DNA from: Methanothrix sp.
GTDB taxonomy: Archaea; Halobacteriota; Methanosarcinia; Methanotrichales; Methanotrichaceae
NCBI GenBank assembly: GCA_963682135.1
Contig: OY821645.1
Location: 1,024,001-1,088,000, forward strand
Length of the DNA stretch: 64,000 bases
Direction: 5' to 3'
In this document: one piece after another, positions 8,783-18,163 of the stretch
How positions within the stretch are numbered: position 1 is the stretch's first letter
Layout: every line of letters begins with the position of its first letter
Notes under the pieces: generated by a model
What the model was told of the DNA's origin: nothing
Seen by the model: only the letters and a program-made list of their open reading frames with translations
Databases searched by the model: none
Program-made: the position numbers and the translations under genes

Positions 8783-9865
8783 TTGAAAAAGATAAGGTTG
8801 GCAATCGCGGGCTTGGGAAACTGCGCAAGTTCCCTGATTCAGGGGATCGAATATTATAAACATACTGATGAGAAAGAATGCATCGGACTTATGCATTATG
8901 ATGTATGTGGTTACAGAGCTGGCGATATAGATGTGGTGGCGGCCTTCGATATTGATGCGCGCAAGGTGGGCAAGGACGTAGGCCAGGCCATATTTGCGCC
9001 ACCAAACTGTACCAAGGTGTTCTATCCTGATGTTCCCCGCAAGAATGTAGTGGTCAAGATGGGGCCGGTTTTAGACGGATTTGCTCCCCACATGCTTAAT
9101 TATCCAGAGGATAAACGATTCGTTATAGCTGATGCCAAGCCATGCGACGTGAGACGCGAGCTGGAAGACACCGGCGCTGATGTGCTGGTAAATTATATGC
9201 CGGTAGGCTCGGAAGAGGCAACCCGTTTTTATGCGCAAGCCGCCCTTGATGCAGGCGTTGGATTCGTTAACTGCATGCCTGTCTTCATAGCCTCTAACCC
9301 GGAGTGGGCCAGGAAATTCCAGGATGCTGGTGTTCCAATTGTCGGCGACGATATAAAATCTCAGATTGGTGCCACCATTGTGCATCGTGCTCTTACCCAG
9401 CTCTTCAAGGACAGAGCCTGCGCCATGGACAGGACCTACCAGCTCAACATTGGCGGGAATACCGATTTTCTGAATATGCTCAATCGGGAGAGGCTCAAAT
9501 CCAAGAAGATCAGCAAGACGCAAGCTGTGCAGTCCATTCTGGATGTTCCCCTCAATGATGATGATATACACATTGGTCCCTCAGACTACGTGCCATGGCA
9601 AAAAGACAACAAGGTCTGTTTCCTGAGGATGGAGGGACGGGTCTTTGGAGATGTGCCCATTAATCTGGAGCTGCGTCTCTCAGTAGAGGACTCGCCCAAC
9701 AGCGGGGGAAGCTCCATTGATGCCATAAGAATCTGCAAGCTGGCCAAAGACAGAAAGATCGGAGGGCCGCTTCTGGCCATATCTGCATACACCATGAAGC
9801 ATCCGCCGGTTCAGTATCCAGATGAGATGGCAAAAGAGATGGTGGACAAATTCATCCATGGTTAA
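8783..9865 (+). CDS. ino1: Inositol-3-phosphate synthase
   Basis: IAGLGNCASS, GDDIKSQIGAT, YQLNIGGNTDFLN, SKKISKT, EDSPNS; TTG start after GGAGG. Confidence 0.93.
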   Translation: MKKIRLAIAGLGNCASSLIQGIEYYKHTDEKECIGLMHYDVCGYRAGDIDVVAAFDIDARKVGKDVGQAIFAPPNCTKVFYPDVPRKNVVVKMGPVLDGFAPHMLNYPEDKRFVIADAKPCDVRRELEDTGADVLVNYMPVGSEEATRFYAQAALDAGVGFVNCMPVFIASNPEWARKFQDAGVPIVGDDIKSQIGATIVHRALTQLFKDRACAMDRTYQLNIGGNTDFLNMLNRERLKSKKISKTQAVQSILDVPLNDDDIHIGPSDYVPWQKDNKVCFLRMEGRVFGDVPINLELRLSVEDSPNSGGSSIDAIRICKLAKDRKIGGPLLAISAYTMKHPPVQYPDEMAKEMVDKFIHG

Positions 9866-9868
9866 ATA

Positions 9869-10204
9869 ATGTCTTTCTTTAAATATGCAAGTGCCACTGC
9901 GGTGCAGATGGCCCCCGGACTGATTCGCAAAACCCTGGTGAGCGCCGACAATCTGATGATTTGCCGGTTTGATCTGGACACTGGTGTAGAAATTCCAAGT
10001 CATTCTCATCCCCATGACCAGGCAGGTTATGTGGTTTCTGGGAAGATTCGTATTACCGTGGAGGGCAAGAGCTGCGATCTTGGAGCAGGGGATAGCTACT
10101 CTGCCCCCTCCAATGTATTGCACTCGGCAATGGCTTTGGAGGCATCGGTGGTCGTGGATACATTCTACCCACCCAGAGATGATTATCGCGCCATTGCCGA
10201 TTGA
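9869..10204 (+). CDS. Cupin domain protein
   Basis: HSHPHDQ..YVVSG and P.NV.H cupin motifs. Confidence 0.85.
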   Translation: MSFFKYASATAVQMAPGLIRKTLVSADNLMICRFDLDTGVEIPSHSHPHDQAGYVVSGKIRITVEGKSCDLGAGDSYSAPSNVLHSAMALEASVVVDTFYPPRDDYRAIAD

Positions 10205-10428
10205 TATACCCTAGAAAAGAAAAAAAGCAGATTAAATTTGATAATTTTTCCGGGTCGCGACAGGCAATTAATTGAAACGTATATGACCAACTTTTTAAAT
10301 AAAAAGTTATAGTTATTAATGCATAAAACATTTTAGATAGAAAAATTTAATACATACAAAAAAAGTATTACTTCATTTAGTTCGTGCCTGCGGAAATGAT
10401 CTGTACTTGATATTCAAGAGGGAGAAAA

Positions 10429-12615
10429 ATGGTGCACACTCTGCGTCCGAGACAGCTTGATTATGCCAGAAAAATAAACGAATACTTAAAAAACAGTCGT
10501 CCTGAGGAACTACTCGATTTGGAGGGCCCGGGGACAGAATCATTAGCCGCCTGGTTCTTAGGACCTAAAGCAGAGAACCAGAATCTTTTTTCAGAGCTGA
10601 TAGCGGAAGGAATCAAAGCGAACTGCAATGATCGAAAAGAGTATTTCATTAAAGACCCTAAATATGTCACAGAAGACCTAAAAAGAAGTGATGAGTATAT
10701 AAATTGTGTAGAATATATGAAAAGTGAATACAACGAATTATTGAAGAACCTCAAGAAATCAGTTCCATTTTTCAGCTACCGATATCAGGCGCATATGAAT
10801 TGGGACCTGACCATCCCAGGAATGCTGGGATACTTCTCTGCAATGCTCTACAATCAGAACAACGTGGCTGCTGAAGCCTCGCCCGTCACTTCTCACCTGG
10901 AAGCACTGGTTGGTAACGATCTCTGTAAGATGCTGGGATTCCGCGTCACAGATTCAAAGGACGAAAATGCTATTTTGCCGTGGGGGCATATAACCTGCGA
11001 TGGATCAGTCGCTAATCTGGAGGCTATGTGGGCCGCTCGCAATCTAAAGTATTATCCAATTTCCGTAGCCTCTGCCCTGAGAAACGAAGCTGCCCTTGCC
11101 CCGGCAAGAGGCATGCTCGTTGCCCTTCCGGATGGAAGACGCCGCCAGCTAATTGACCTGGATGCCTGGACTCTTTTGAATCTGGGCATTGATGATGTTC
11201 TCGCTCTTACCCAGAGAATGCAATTAGAGTATGGAATATCTGCAGAGGTAATCAATAACGCTATGGATCCATACACCATTCAGAGCCTGGGATTTGATGA
11301 ATTCAACAGACGCTACATTAAAGACACACAGCCTTGCGTCCTGATGGGGCCTGCTACCAAGCACTATTCATGGCCAAAGAATGCAGCCGTTCTCGGTATT
11401 GGAAAGAATAACTTCTTGAATATTAATGTAGATATGGATGCCCGAATGGACATCAAACATCTGCGTACACAACTGGATAAATGCCTGTCAGCCAGACAGC
11501 CTGTCCTAATGGTAGTAGTGGTTTTAGGCTCAACGGAAGAAAGCGCAGTTGACCCCCTGGCCAGAGTGATCGCCTTAAGGGACGAATACCGAAAGTCGGG
11601 GCTGGAATTTGCCATCCATGTCGATGCTGCCTGGGGTGGTTATTTTGCCAGCCTTCTGAGAAAGCCGCATAAAAGCACATCTGATGTGACAATAGACAGC
11701 TACACGCCCGACCTCATGCTGAGCGATTATGTAATGGAGCAATACAATGCCATTCCTTTAGCCGAATCGGTTACAATTGATCCGCATAAGGCAGGCTATA
11801 TTCCCTATCCTGCGGGAGGGCTCTGCTATCGCAATAAAAGCATGAGAAACTTGGTCGCATTTCTGGCACCGGAGGTCTACCACGGAGAAAAAATTGATGC
11901 ATCCATGGGCGTCTTCGGCATTGAAGGATCAAAACCTGGAGCTGCTGCGGCAGGCGTCTATTTAAGCCATCGCATTATCCGGCCTGATCAGAGCGGCTAT
12001 GGAAAGATTCTCGGAAAAGCGCTCTTCAACAGCAAACGCTTCTATTCAGGGATTATCACCTTGGCAGAACCGGATGATCCATTCATTGTCGTTCCCGTGC
12101 AGCAAATACCTGCGGAGAAGGAGGGCAAGAACCAAAAAGAGATCGACCAACAGTTGAAAGATATAAAGAAGAATATTGTTGAGAAAGAAAATAAGGATAT
12201 AAAGCCGAAAGACATGAAGCTGCTGAAAAAATTGGGGTCCGACCAAATTATCATCACCTATGCCTTTAATTTTAAAGACAAGGGTGGCATCCTCAACACG
12301 GACCCCAAGAAGGCCAATGATTTCAATCATAAGATCTTTGAGGCCCTCAGCCTATCACCAGAAAAACCAGACCATAAGCCTTCCCTCATCATCACCACAT
12401 CTCAGTTTGAGCCCGAGATTTATGGCAAGGAGTTTGTGCGCACCTTCATGAGACGTCTGGGTGTCGATGATTCCAATTTGATCACGATGAACTTCTTATC
12501 ATCGACTACCATGTGTCCCTGGCTTACGGATACGGAAAAGGGCAACTTTATCCCAGAACTCACAAAGGCACTTAAAGAGGCAGTCATAAAGGTTGTGGGT
12601 GATTTTCAAGCATAG
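10429..12615 (+). CDS. Large group II PLP-dependent amino-acid decarboxylase (tyrosine/glutamate decarboxylase-like)
   Basis: GHITCDGSVANLE, HYSWPK, HVDAAWGGY, TIDPHK (PLP lysine), EGSKPG. Confidence 0.88.
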   Translation: MVHTLRPRQLDYARKINEYLKNSRPEELLDLEGPGTESLAAWFLGPKAENQNLFSELIAEGIKANCNDRKEYFIKDPKYVTEDLKRSDEYINCVEYMKSEYNELLKNLKKSVPFFSYRYQAHMNWDLTIPGMLGYFSAMLYNQNNVAAEASPVTSHLEALVGNDLCKMLGFRVTDSKDENAILPWGHITCDGSVANLEAMWAARNLKYYPISVASALRNEAALAPARGMLVALPDGRRRQLIDLDAWTLLNLGIDDVLALTQRMQLEYGISAEVINNAMDPYTIQSLGFDEFNRRYIKDTQPCVLMGPATKHYSWPKNAAVLGIGKNNFLNINVDMDARMDIKHLRTQLDKCLSARQPVLMVVVVLGSTEESAVDPLARVIALRDEYRKSGLEFAIHVDAAWGGYFASLLRKPHKSTSDVTIDSYTPDLMLSDYVMEQYNAIPLAESVTIDPHKAGYIPYPAGGLCYRNKSMRNLVAFLAPEVYHGEKIDASMGVFGIEGSKPGAAAAGVYLSHRIIRPDQSGYGKILGKALFNSKRFYSGIITLAEPDDPFIVVPVQQIPAEKEGKNQKEIDQQLKDIKKNIVEKENKDIKPKDMKLLKKLGSDQIIITYAFNFKDKGGILNTDPKKANDFNHKIFEALSLSPEKPDHKPSLIITTSQFEPEIYGKEFVRTFMRRLGVDDSNLITMNFLSSTTMCPWLTDTEKGNFIPELTKALKEAVIKVVGDFQA

Positions 12616-12642
12616 AAAAAAATAAGGGCTTTTGTCGGACTC

Positions 12643-13026
12643 CTACAAGCCAAAATCGATGAAAATCCCCATCATCTTTTCATTTTTGAAGTATCCGTAA
12701 ACAGGATAATTGCCCGGACCCGGTGTGAAATGCAGACTATTACCACCGTCGCTTGCGACAATTAAGCCCGAGGCCACATTCAGATATCCAATGATCCTGC
12801 AGTCGGAATAAAGGCTTGCCACACCTTTCATCTGATTGGAGCCCGTTGCTGCGCTCGATGCAAAGGGATCGCCTCCTGCCCACGCACTGCCGATGCCTTT
12901 GTTAAAAAGATTCTCTGCAGCCGCTTCTGCGGGACGCTTCTCAACCTGGGCCCCGCCAAGAGGGAGCATAGATAGCATCAATGCCGCCGTCAGCAAGACC
13001 AAAACCGCCTTTGCAAACATCCTCAT
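12643..13026 (-). CDS. Secreted hypothetical protein
   Basis: Signal peptide MRMFAKAVLVLLTAALML; GGTGG RBS upstream. Confidence 0.6.
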   Translation of the reverse strand: MRMFAKAVLVLLTAALMLSMLPLGGAQVEKRPAEAAAENLFNKGIGSAWAGGDPFASSAATGSNQMKGVASLYSDCRIIGYLNVASGLIVASDGGNSLHFTPGPGNYPVYGYFKNEKMMGIFIDFGL

Positions 13027-13397
13027 ATTAATCCACCTTCGATGATATCTTTTTAGAGATGATTTAATCGCTGGATGTTATATTGTTTTCCCTGCAACTT
13101 TGCCCTACGATAATAACTGGTGTTCTGGGGGTTCTGTTGCATCTTTGATGTGTTTTAGGTTGGTGTTTCATCCATGATGGCGAAGGCTAACTCAGTTAGC
13201 AAAGGCGTACTACTCGCGATGTGGCTTGGGTGAAAATAATTTGATAATGTAAAGGACTGGAATTTAAACATGCCATAATTTATAATATTAAAGCACTATA
13301 TCGAATTGTATTTTTATAACGTTTTCTTCTGAAGAGGACTTATATCCTTTACATCGTTCTGTTAGATAAAAATTCAGTGGGGCGGATAAGAATTAAG

Positions 13398-14119
13398 ATC
13401 AAACTGCACGCGGCCACCCCACCCTAAAGGGATGGGGTATGCTTCGGGCCGCGCGCACGCCCGGTTAGCTGGAGATCAGAAATCATCGAGTCTTCTTTGA
13501 CCAAATTCCTTTGACCTGCAAAATCCCGGCTCTGCTTTTGTTTTCCCTTGTGATTCCATAATGTAGTGCTGTATTGTATCAGCGGTCACATTTCCGACGG
13601 ATCGAAAGAATTTACCACTTGACCACAAGCTTCCGCCCCAAAATCTTTTTTTCAATTCGGGATGAAGCTTGAACATTCTATATGAACTGCCTCCTTTCAA
13701 AAATTGAACGACTCTTGATAGAGAAGAGTTCGGATGGAATTCCAGGAACAAGTGAACATGATCGTCTACAATTTCCATTGCATGAATTTTATAGCCTTGC
13801 TCCATGCAAATTTTGTTGAGAATTAGCTCGCAATCCTTTTTAACTCGCTTGTCATAGAATATCTTGTATCGATACTTTGGCACTAATACGATGTGGTAGG
13901 TAATTTGACCATAGCCATGGCTAAAACTGCGCAATTCCAACGCGTATCACATCCTAGCCATAGGTGGGTGGCACCACCTGTGGCTAAAGTGCCAAATACG
14001 ATTTCATTTTTAAAGAAGCAACGGTTGATCGATATAAGTTAACGCAAAAAACGGCGAGGGTTCACTTCATCCCCAACCTGAAGGTTGGGGTATTCGTGAC
14101 CCTCTGCACTCCCGATGTA
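13398..14119 (-). mobile_element. IS200-type element (tnpA only)
   Basis: Hairpins CCCCAACC-TGAA-GGTTGGGG (14071-14090) and CCCCACCC-TAAA-GGGATGGGG (13417-13437) flank tnpA; TTAT precedes the left end on the minus strand; right boundary approximate. Confidence 0.8.
13476..13940 (-). CDS. tnpA: IS200/IS605 HUH (Y1) transposase
   Basis: YHIVLVPKYR, DHVH (HUH), LKGGSS, LWS, IQHYI catalytic Tyr. Confidence 0.95.
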   Translation of the reverse strand: MELRSFSHGYGQITYHIVLVPKYRYKIFYDKRVKKDCELILNKICMEQGYKIHAMEIVDDHVHLFLEFHPNSSLSRVVQFLKGGSSYRMFKLHPELKKRFWGGSLWSSGKFFRSVGNVTADTIQHYIMESQGKTKAEPGFCRSKEFGQRRLDDF

Positions 14120-14266
14120 ATAAAAATTTCTAAGTACAAATAAATTAATTATTGAAAAATATACTATTTATTTATTTAACAGAATACACTTAAATACTAT
14201 ATAGTTTAATATATAACTCTAAATCATCGAAAGACATTTAAGTTGTGTTTCCTTTGCATTCATAAG

Positions 14267-14797
14267 ATGATTCCAGACTTCAATGATCAAGGAAACCTAC
14301 CTTCAGGGATTATTCAGTCTACTTTAGAGGAGTTTGAAACGCGCTTTGTAAATGAAATTGTTGGATCGCAAACAAGAGGAGATATATTTCGCGGTTACAG
14401 CGAATATTGTAGGGCTCTTTTGCCTTTAAATGTGACAACAAAGCAATGGATTAATGGAAGTTATACCACTAATAAAAAAGACCCAAATGATATGGACATG
14501 GTTAATCATCTAGATGCTTTAAAAGTAAATGATAAGGTTATTTATGATAAACTGGTCCAACTTATAAACGATAAATTATATATAATTAAAAAATATAAAT
14601 GCCATACGTTCGGTATTGCCGTATATCCACCAGATCACAAATTATATCAAGAAACTTTAAAATGGAAAGCATATTGGATGGAATGTTTTGGGCAAGATAG
14701 ACAAAAGAGATCTAAAGGTATTATTGAATTTGATCTAATGGAGCGGAACTTTAGATTTAGTGATGGTCCATCTAAGGGTGAAACGAATAATGGCTGA
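14267..14797 (+). CDS. DUF6932-like nucleotidyltransferase-fold protein
   Basis: MIPDFN..GNLPSGI N-terminus, WINGSYTT.K.DPNDMD (GS..DxD Pol-beta motif), C-terminal FGQDR...KGII. Confidence 0.75.
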   Translation: MIPDFNDQGNLPSGIIQSTLEEFETRFVNEIVGSQTRGDIFRGYSEYCRALLPLNVTTKQWINGSYTTNKKDPNDMDMVNHLDALKVNDKVIYDKLVQLINDKLYIIKKYKCHTFGIAVYPPDHKLYQETLKWKAYWMECFGQDRQKRSKGIIEFDLMERNFRFSDGPSKGETNNG

Positions 14798-16067
14798 TAA
14801 ATTCAGGCAACCTTATTTAATCCAAAAAGAGCTTGATCGGCTTAAGGACCTGATCCAAGATAATAGAAGGCTTGTATCCCAATATCCCGAAGAATTGGCA
14901 TTAAAATTGAATCTCATTAGTCTAGAAAATAGAGAAAGTGACGTTTTAAATGAGTTAAACGAGCTAAATAAAAGATTAGGCGCGGATCATTCCTATATTG
15001 CGAAAAACCCACAAGAGGACATATCACCCGTAATTGAATACAAATTAAGCGGCGAATCTGTCTCATTAAGTAATGCACCTGCACAACTTCTAGGCAAGAT
15101 ATTACTCAATATGCAGAATTTAATCTATTCTATTGCAGGCTCGAGCGATAAAATCATTCATTTCGGAGGCAAAAGACCTAAAAGAATGGAATCCCTCTAT
15201 TCCTTGAATGTGAGGCTAATAGAAGGAAGTGTAGCTATGGAATTCGTCCCTGCATTACTTGCACCTACGTTCGAGGACAGAACTGAACAAACCCCGGTTT
15301 TTTATAAAGCATCCAAATTTATTAGTTTATTGCCACATCGAGATATAGAATATGATATATTAAAATTGGAAATTGAGAAACAAATTATTGATCCAAGATC
15401 GAGGATAACTACATTAAATTGTCTAAAGCAACTCATACCTCCTCCCGGAAAGGAGGCAAAAATAAGGTTTATGAATATAAATGGATACTCCTCAGAAATA
15501 GAACTTCATGATGATTTATTCAAACGAAGGGTCGATCAATTGTTAAAAGAAGAGATGAAAAACTATGAAGTTGAAGTTTTCGGAGTTGTAACTAGAATTA
15601 ACGACGACATTCCGCCGTCTTTCATGGTTAAGAATTGGTCGGGAAAATTGGTAAAAGTAAATATGCCTGAAGAGAGAAGGCAACAAATAATTGAATATTT
15701 AGCGGACAGAGTGCCGATTAAAGTTATAGGGGCTGGAAATAAAAAGAAATCGCTTGAAATTACAGATTTAGACGAAATAGAACCAAATACGGATATAGTT
15801 ATTGAATCTATCCAAGATATGATTCTGAAAGCTCCTGTGGAAGTCAAATTATCTTATGAAAGGCATGATAACGAATCAGACTATTGGGTAGTAGGTAATG
15901 AGGAATTAGGGATCTACGGTGTGGAGGATACGGTAGAAAAAGCGAAGCATGCATTTGAAAATGATTTGCATATTGATTATTTGGCATACAAAGAATTAGA
16001 TGATGTCCAATTAACCGATAAGGCATTGGATCTCAAAAGGAAACTTATTAGATTATTTGAAGATTAA
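14790..16067 (+). CDS. Multidomain hypothetical protein with N-terminal coiled coil and C-terminal HicB-like domain
   Basis: Overlaps the upstream stop (ATGGCTGA); C-terminal YWVVGNEELGIYGVEDTVEKAKHAF resembles the HicB fold. Confidence 0.65.
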   Translation: MADKFRQPYLIQKELDRLKDLIQDNRRLVSQYPEELALKLNLISLENRESDVLNELNELNKRLGADHSYIAKNPQEDISPVIEYKLSGESVSLSNAPAQLLGKILLNMQNLIYSIAGSSDKIIHFGGKRPKRMESLYSLNVRLIEGSVAMEFVPALLAPTFEDRTEQTPVFYKASKFISLLPHRDIEYDILKLEIEKQIIDPRSRITTLNCLKQLIPPPGKEAKIRFMNINGYSSEIELHDDLFKRRVDQLLKEEMKNYEVEVFGVVTRINDDIPPSFMVKNWSGKLVKVNMPEERRQQIIEYLADRVPIKVIGAGNKKKSLEITDLDEIEPNTDIVIESIQDMILKAPVEVKLSYERHDNESDYWVVGNEELGIYGVEDTVEKAKHAFENDLHIDYLAYKELDDVQLTDKALDLKRKLIRLFED

Positions 16068-16078
16068 GGAGGGGGACG

Positions 16079-16366
16079 ATGGCTGAAAAAAGATTAACTA
16101 TAGATTCAAGTTTAACGAGAAAAGGTTTTAAAAAAAATACGCAAAACAATCATTATTATTATAAATTAATAATAGATGGAAAAATCACAAATATAAGAAC
16201 AAAAATGAGTACTGGCTCAAATCACAAAACAATTGGTGATAACCTTCTTGTTCAGATGTATAAGCAACTAAAGATGAATAACATTGCAGAATTTAGGAAA
16301 TACATTGAATGTACGTATTCTTATGAAAGCTATATAAAATCTCTTAAAGAAAAGAATTATATATAA
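16079..16366 (+). CDS. HicA-like toxin (dsRBD-fold RNase)
   Basis: 95 aa, basic; L.RKGF...HYYY...TKMSTGS..IG..LL..M.KQL pattern; GGAGG RBS. Confidence 0.7.
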   Translation: MAEKRLTIDSSLTRKGFKKNTQNNHYYYKLIIDGKITNIRTKMSTGSNHKTIGDNLLVQMYKQLKMNNIAEFRKYIECTYSYESYIKSLKEKNYI

Positions 16367-16455
16367 TTAAGTGAGAAATGGGTGGAGTGTAGTATTAAAA
16401 TCTCTTAATTTCCTTTTCATGCTCCGCTTCAACAGCTCCATCTACTTATTTTTAT

Positions 16456-16599
16456 CGTAATACCCCGATGCTTGCATCGGGGATAAAGGGCATCTGTGTC
16501 CAACTTAGGGATAGATCAGATCGATTTAGTACTCTCTTTATGTGGCGGTGCCTCGGATGACCCGTCTGCTTGCAGCGTGGTATGCCGCAGCCGTTTCAC
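16456..16599 (+). mobile_element. Non-autonomous IS200/IS605-derived mini element (PATE-like)
   Basis: Preceded by TTTAT; left hairpin CCCCGATGC-TT-GCATCGGGG; degenerate right hairpin around CTGCTTGCAG; ends in TCAC; no transposase. Confidence 0.65.
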
Positions 16600-16745
16600 T
16601 TCTCGCACTTAGCAGTACTACTATTGACTATCTTATCCTCGCCGCCCACCACGCAACACCACAGGAGAACACTCTTTGATACAACAGAACCGTTCTGGGA
16701 AAGATTTATATTGCCATTGCCGTATTGTCAACCAAACTTCGACGT

Positions 16746-18140
16746 ATGGTTTACAATTCAGGAGATGTAATTACGAATCAATCCGCCATAATAATAGTGG
16801 TTTACCTGCTGGCCATGCTGATAATTGGCGCTCGGGGGCTACGTTTGAAGGGTCTGGAAGATTTTCATCTGGCAGGCAGAAATATAAAAGCGATCCTCCT
16901 CACAGGCACCTTTTGTGCAACAATCGTGGGGGCTTCGTCCACCATCGGCATGGCAGGGCTGGGATTTAGGAACGGCCTGCCGGGAGCCTGGTGGATGCTC
17001 TCCGGCACCATTGGAATGCTGGTCCTATCGCTCTTTCTTGCCGGGAAGATCCGCTCCAAGGGTTTCTATACTCTGCCGGAACTGGTGGGCTCATTCTATG
17101 GCGATAAGGTGATGACTGCCGCCTCACTTCTCATCGCCGTCTCCTGGATTGGAGTGATTGCTGTACAGATTGCCGCTGCCGGCAAGGTCCTCAGTGCCAT
17201 CTTTGGAGGAGACGGCACAATATTCATGATTGCCTGTAGCCTGGTATTCATTCTCTATACAGCGCATGGAGGGCAAAGCTCAGTAATCAGAACCGATCTG
17301 GTGCAGTTTCTGATAATAATAACTGGAATGGTTGTCCTATTTTTTGCGGCACTTGATTTTGAAGGAGTAGGCCCTATTTCAAGCCTTAGCTTTCCCACCT
17401 CGGCTCAAATGGGCGGCTGGCAGGTATTATCCATGATAATAGTAGTGGGCTCGGCCTATCTGGTAGGCCCGGATATGTATTCTCGACTGCTTTGCGCCTC
17501 CAGCCCGAGGGATGCTAAAATTTCAGCATTATTCGCGGCCATCATCCTCATACCGCTGGCATTTATCATCACATCCCTGGGCGTGTTCTCCCGATCAATT
17601 CATCCCGCTTCCCCCCCGGAAGATGCCATCTTATCGCTTATGACGGGCCTTCTCTCGCCGGAAATGGTGGGACTGGTGGCTGCAGCTCTTCTGGCGGCAT
17701 TTATGTCATCGGCAGACACGAGCCTCATGACGGTCACATCCATCCTCACCTTCGATATTTATAAAAAGGCAAAGCCCAATGCAGGCACTGCCCATCTGAT
17801 GAACGTCTCCCGGATTGCAGTGGTGCTCATTGGATCCTGTGCCCTTCTCCTGGCAATCTCGCTGCCGGGCATTATCAAGACCCTGCTCATCGCTTACACG
17901 GTTTTCACCAGCGGCCTGCTCCTGCCGACAGTTGCCGGATTCTACAAAGAGCGGCTGGGCCTGACCTCAGGGGGAGCGCTATGTGCTCTCGTAGGTGGAG
18001 GGACAACTGCCCTATTCCTGGGCCAAAGCTTTCCACTGCTGGGCATGGCTGTCTCAGGGGTACTGCTATTGGCCGTAAGCTATCTGGAAAGGCGGCATGC
18101 GAAAGGAAAGGAAAGCCAAGGAGAAAGTACAAATGCTTGA
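16746..18140 (+). CDS. Sodium:solute symporter family protein
   Basis: DFHLAGR, ATIVGASS, TLPE, YTAHGG..VIRTD, AAFMSSADT; about 13 TM segments; start uncertain. Confidence 0.88.
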   Translation: MVYNSGDVITNQSAIIIVVYLLAMLIIGARGLRLKGLEDFHLAGRNIKAILLTGTFCATIVGASSTIGMAGLGFRNGLPGAWWMLSGTIGMLVLSLFLAGKIRSKGFYTLPELVGSFYGDKVMTAASLLIAVSWIGVIAVQIAAAGKVLSAIFGGDGTIFMIACSLVFILYTAHGGQSSVIRTDLVQFLIIITGMVVLFFAALDFEGVGPISSLSFPTSAQMGGWQVLSMIIVVGSAYLVGPDMYSRLLCASSPRDAKISALFAAIILIPLAFIITSLGVFSRSIHPASPPEDAILSLMTGLLSPEMVGLVAAALLAAFMSSADTSLMTVTSILTFDIYKKAKPNAGTAHLMNVSRIAVVLIGSCALLLAISLPGIIKTLLIAYTVFTSGLLLPTVAGFYKERLGLTSGGALCALVGGGTTALFLGQSFPLLGMAVSGVLLLAVSYLERRHAKGKESQGESTNA

Positions 18141-18163
18141 TCGATGTGTATTCTAGGAAAAAT

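Noticed and set aside
13040-13260. Intergenic stretch that might be an IS remnant or sRNA
   Set aside because: I could not identify terminal repeats, a convincing ORF or a recognisable RNA motif.
13398-16599. IS200 plus mini element as a composite transposon carrying the three-gene island
   Set aside because: The elements are on opposite strands with both left ends facing the island and have different hairpin types, which does not fit single-strand LE-to-RE excision. Independent insertions at TTAT sites are more likely.
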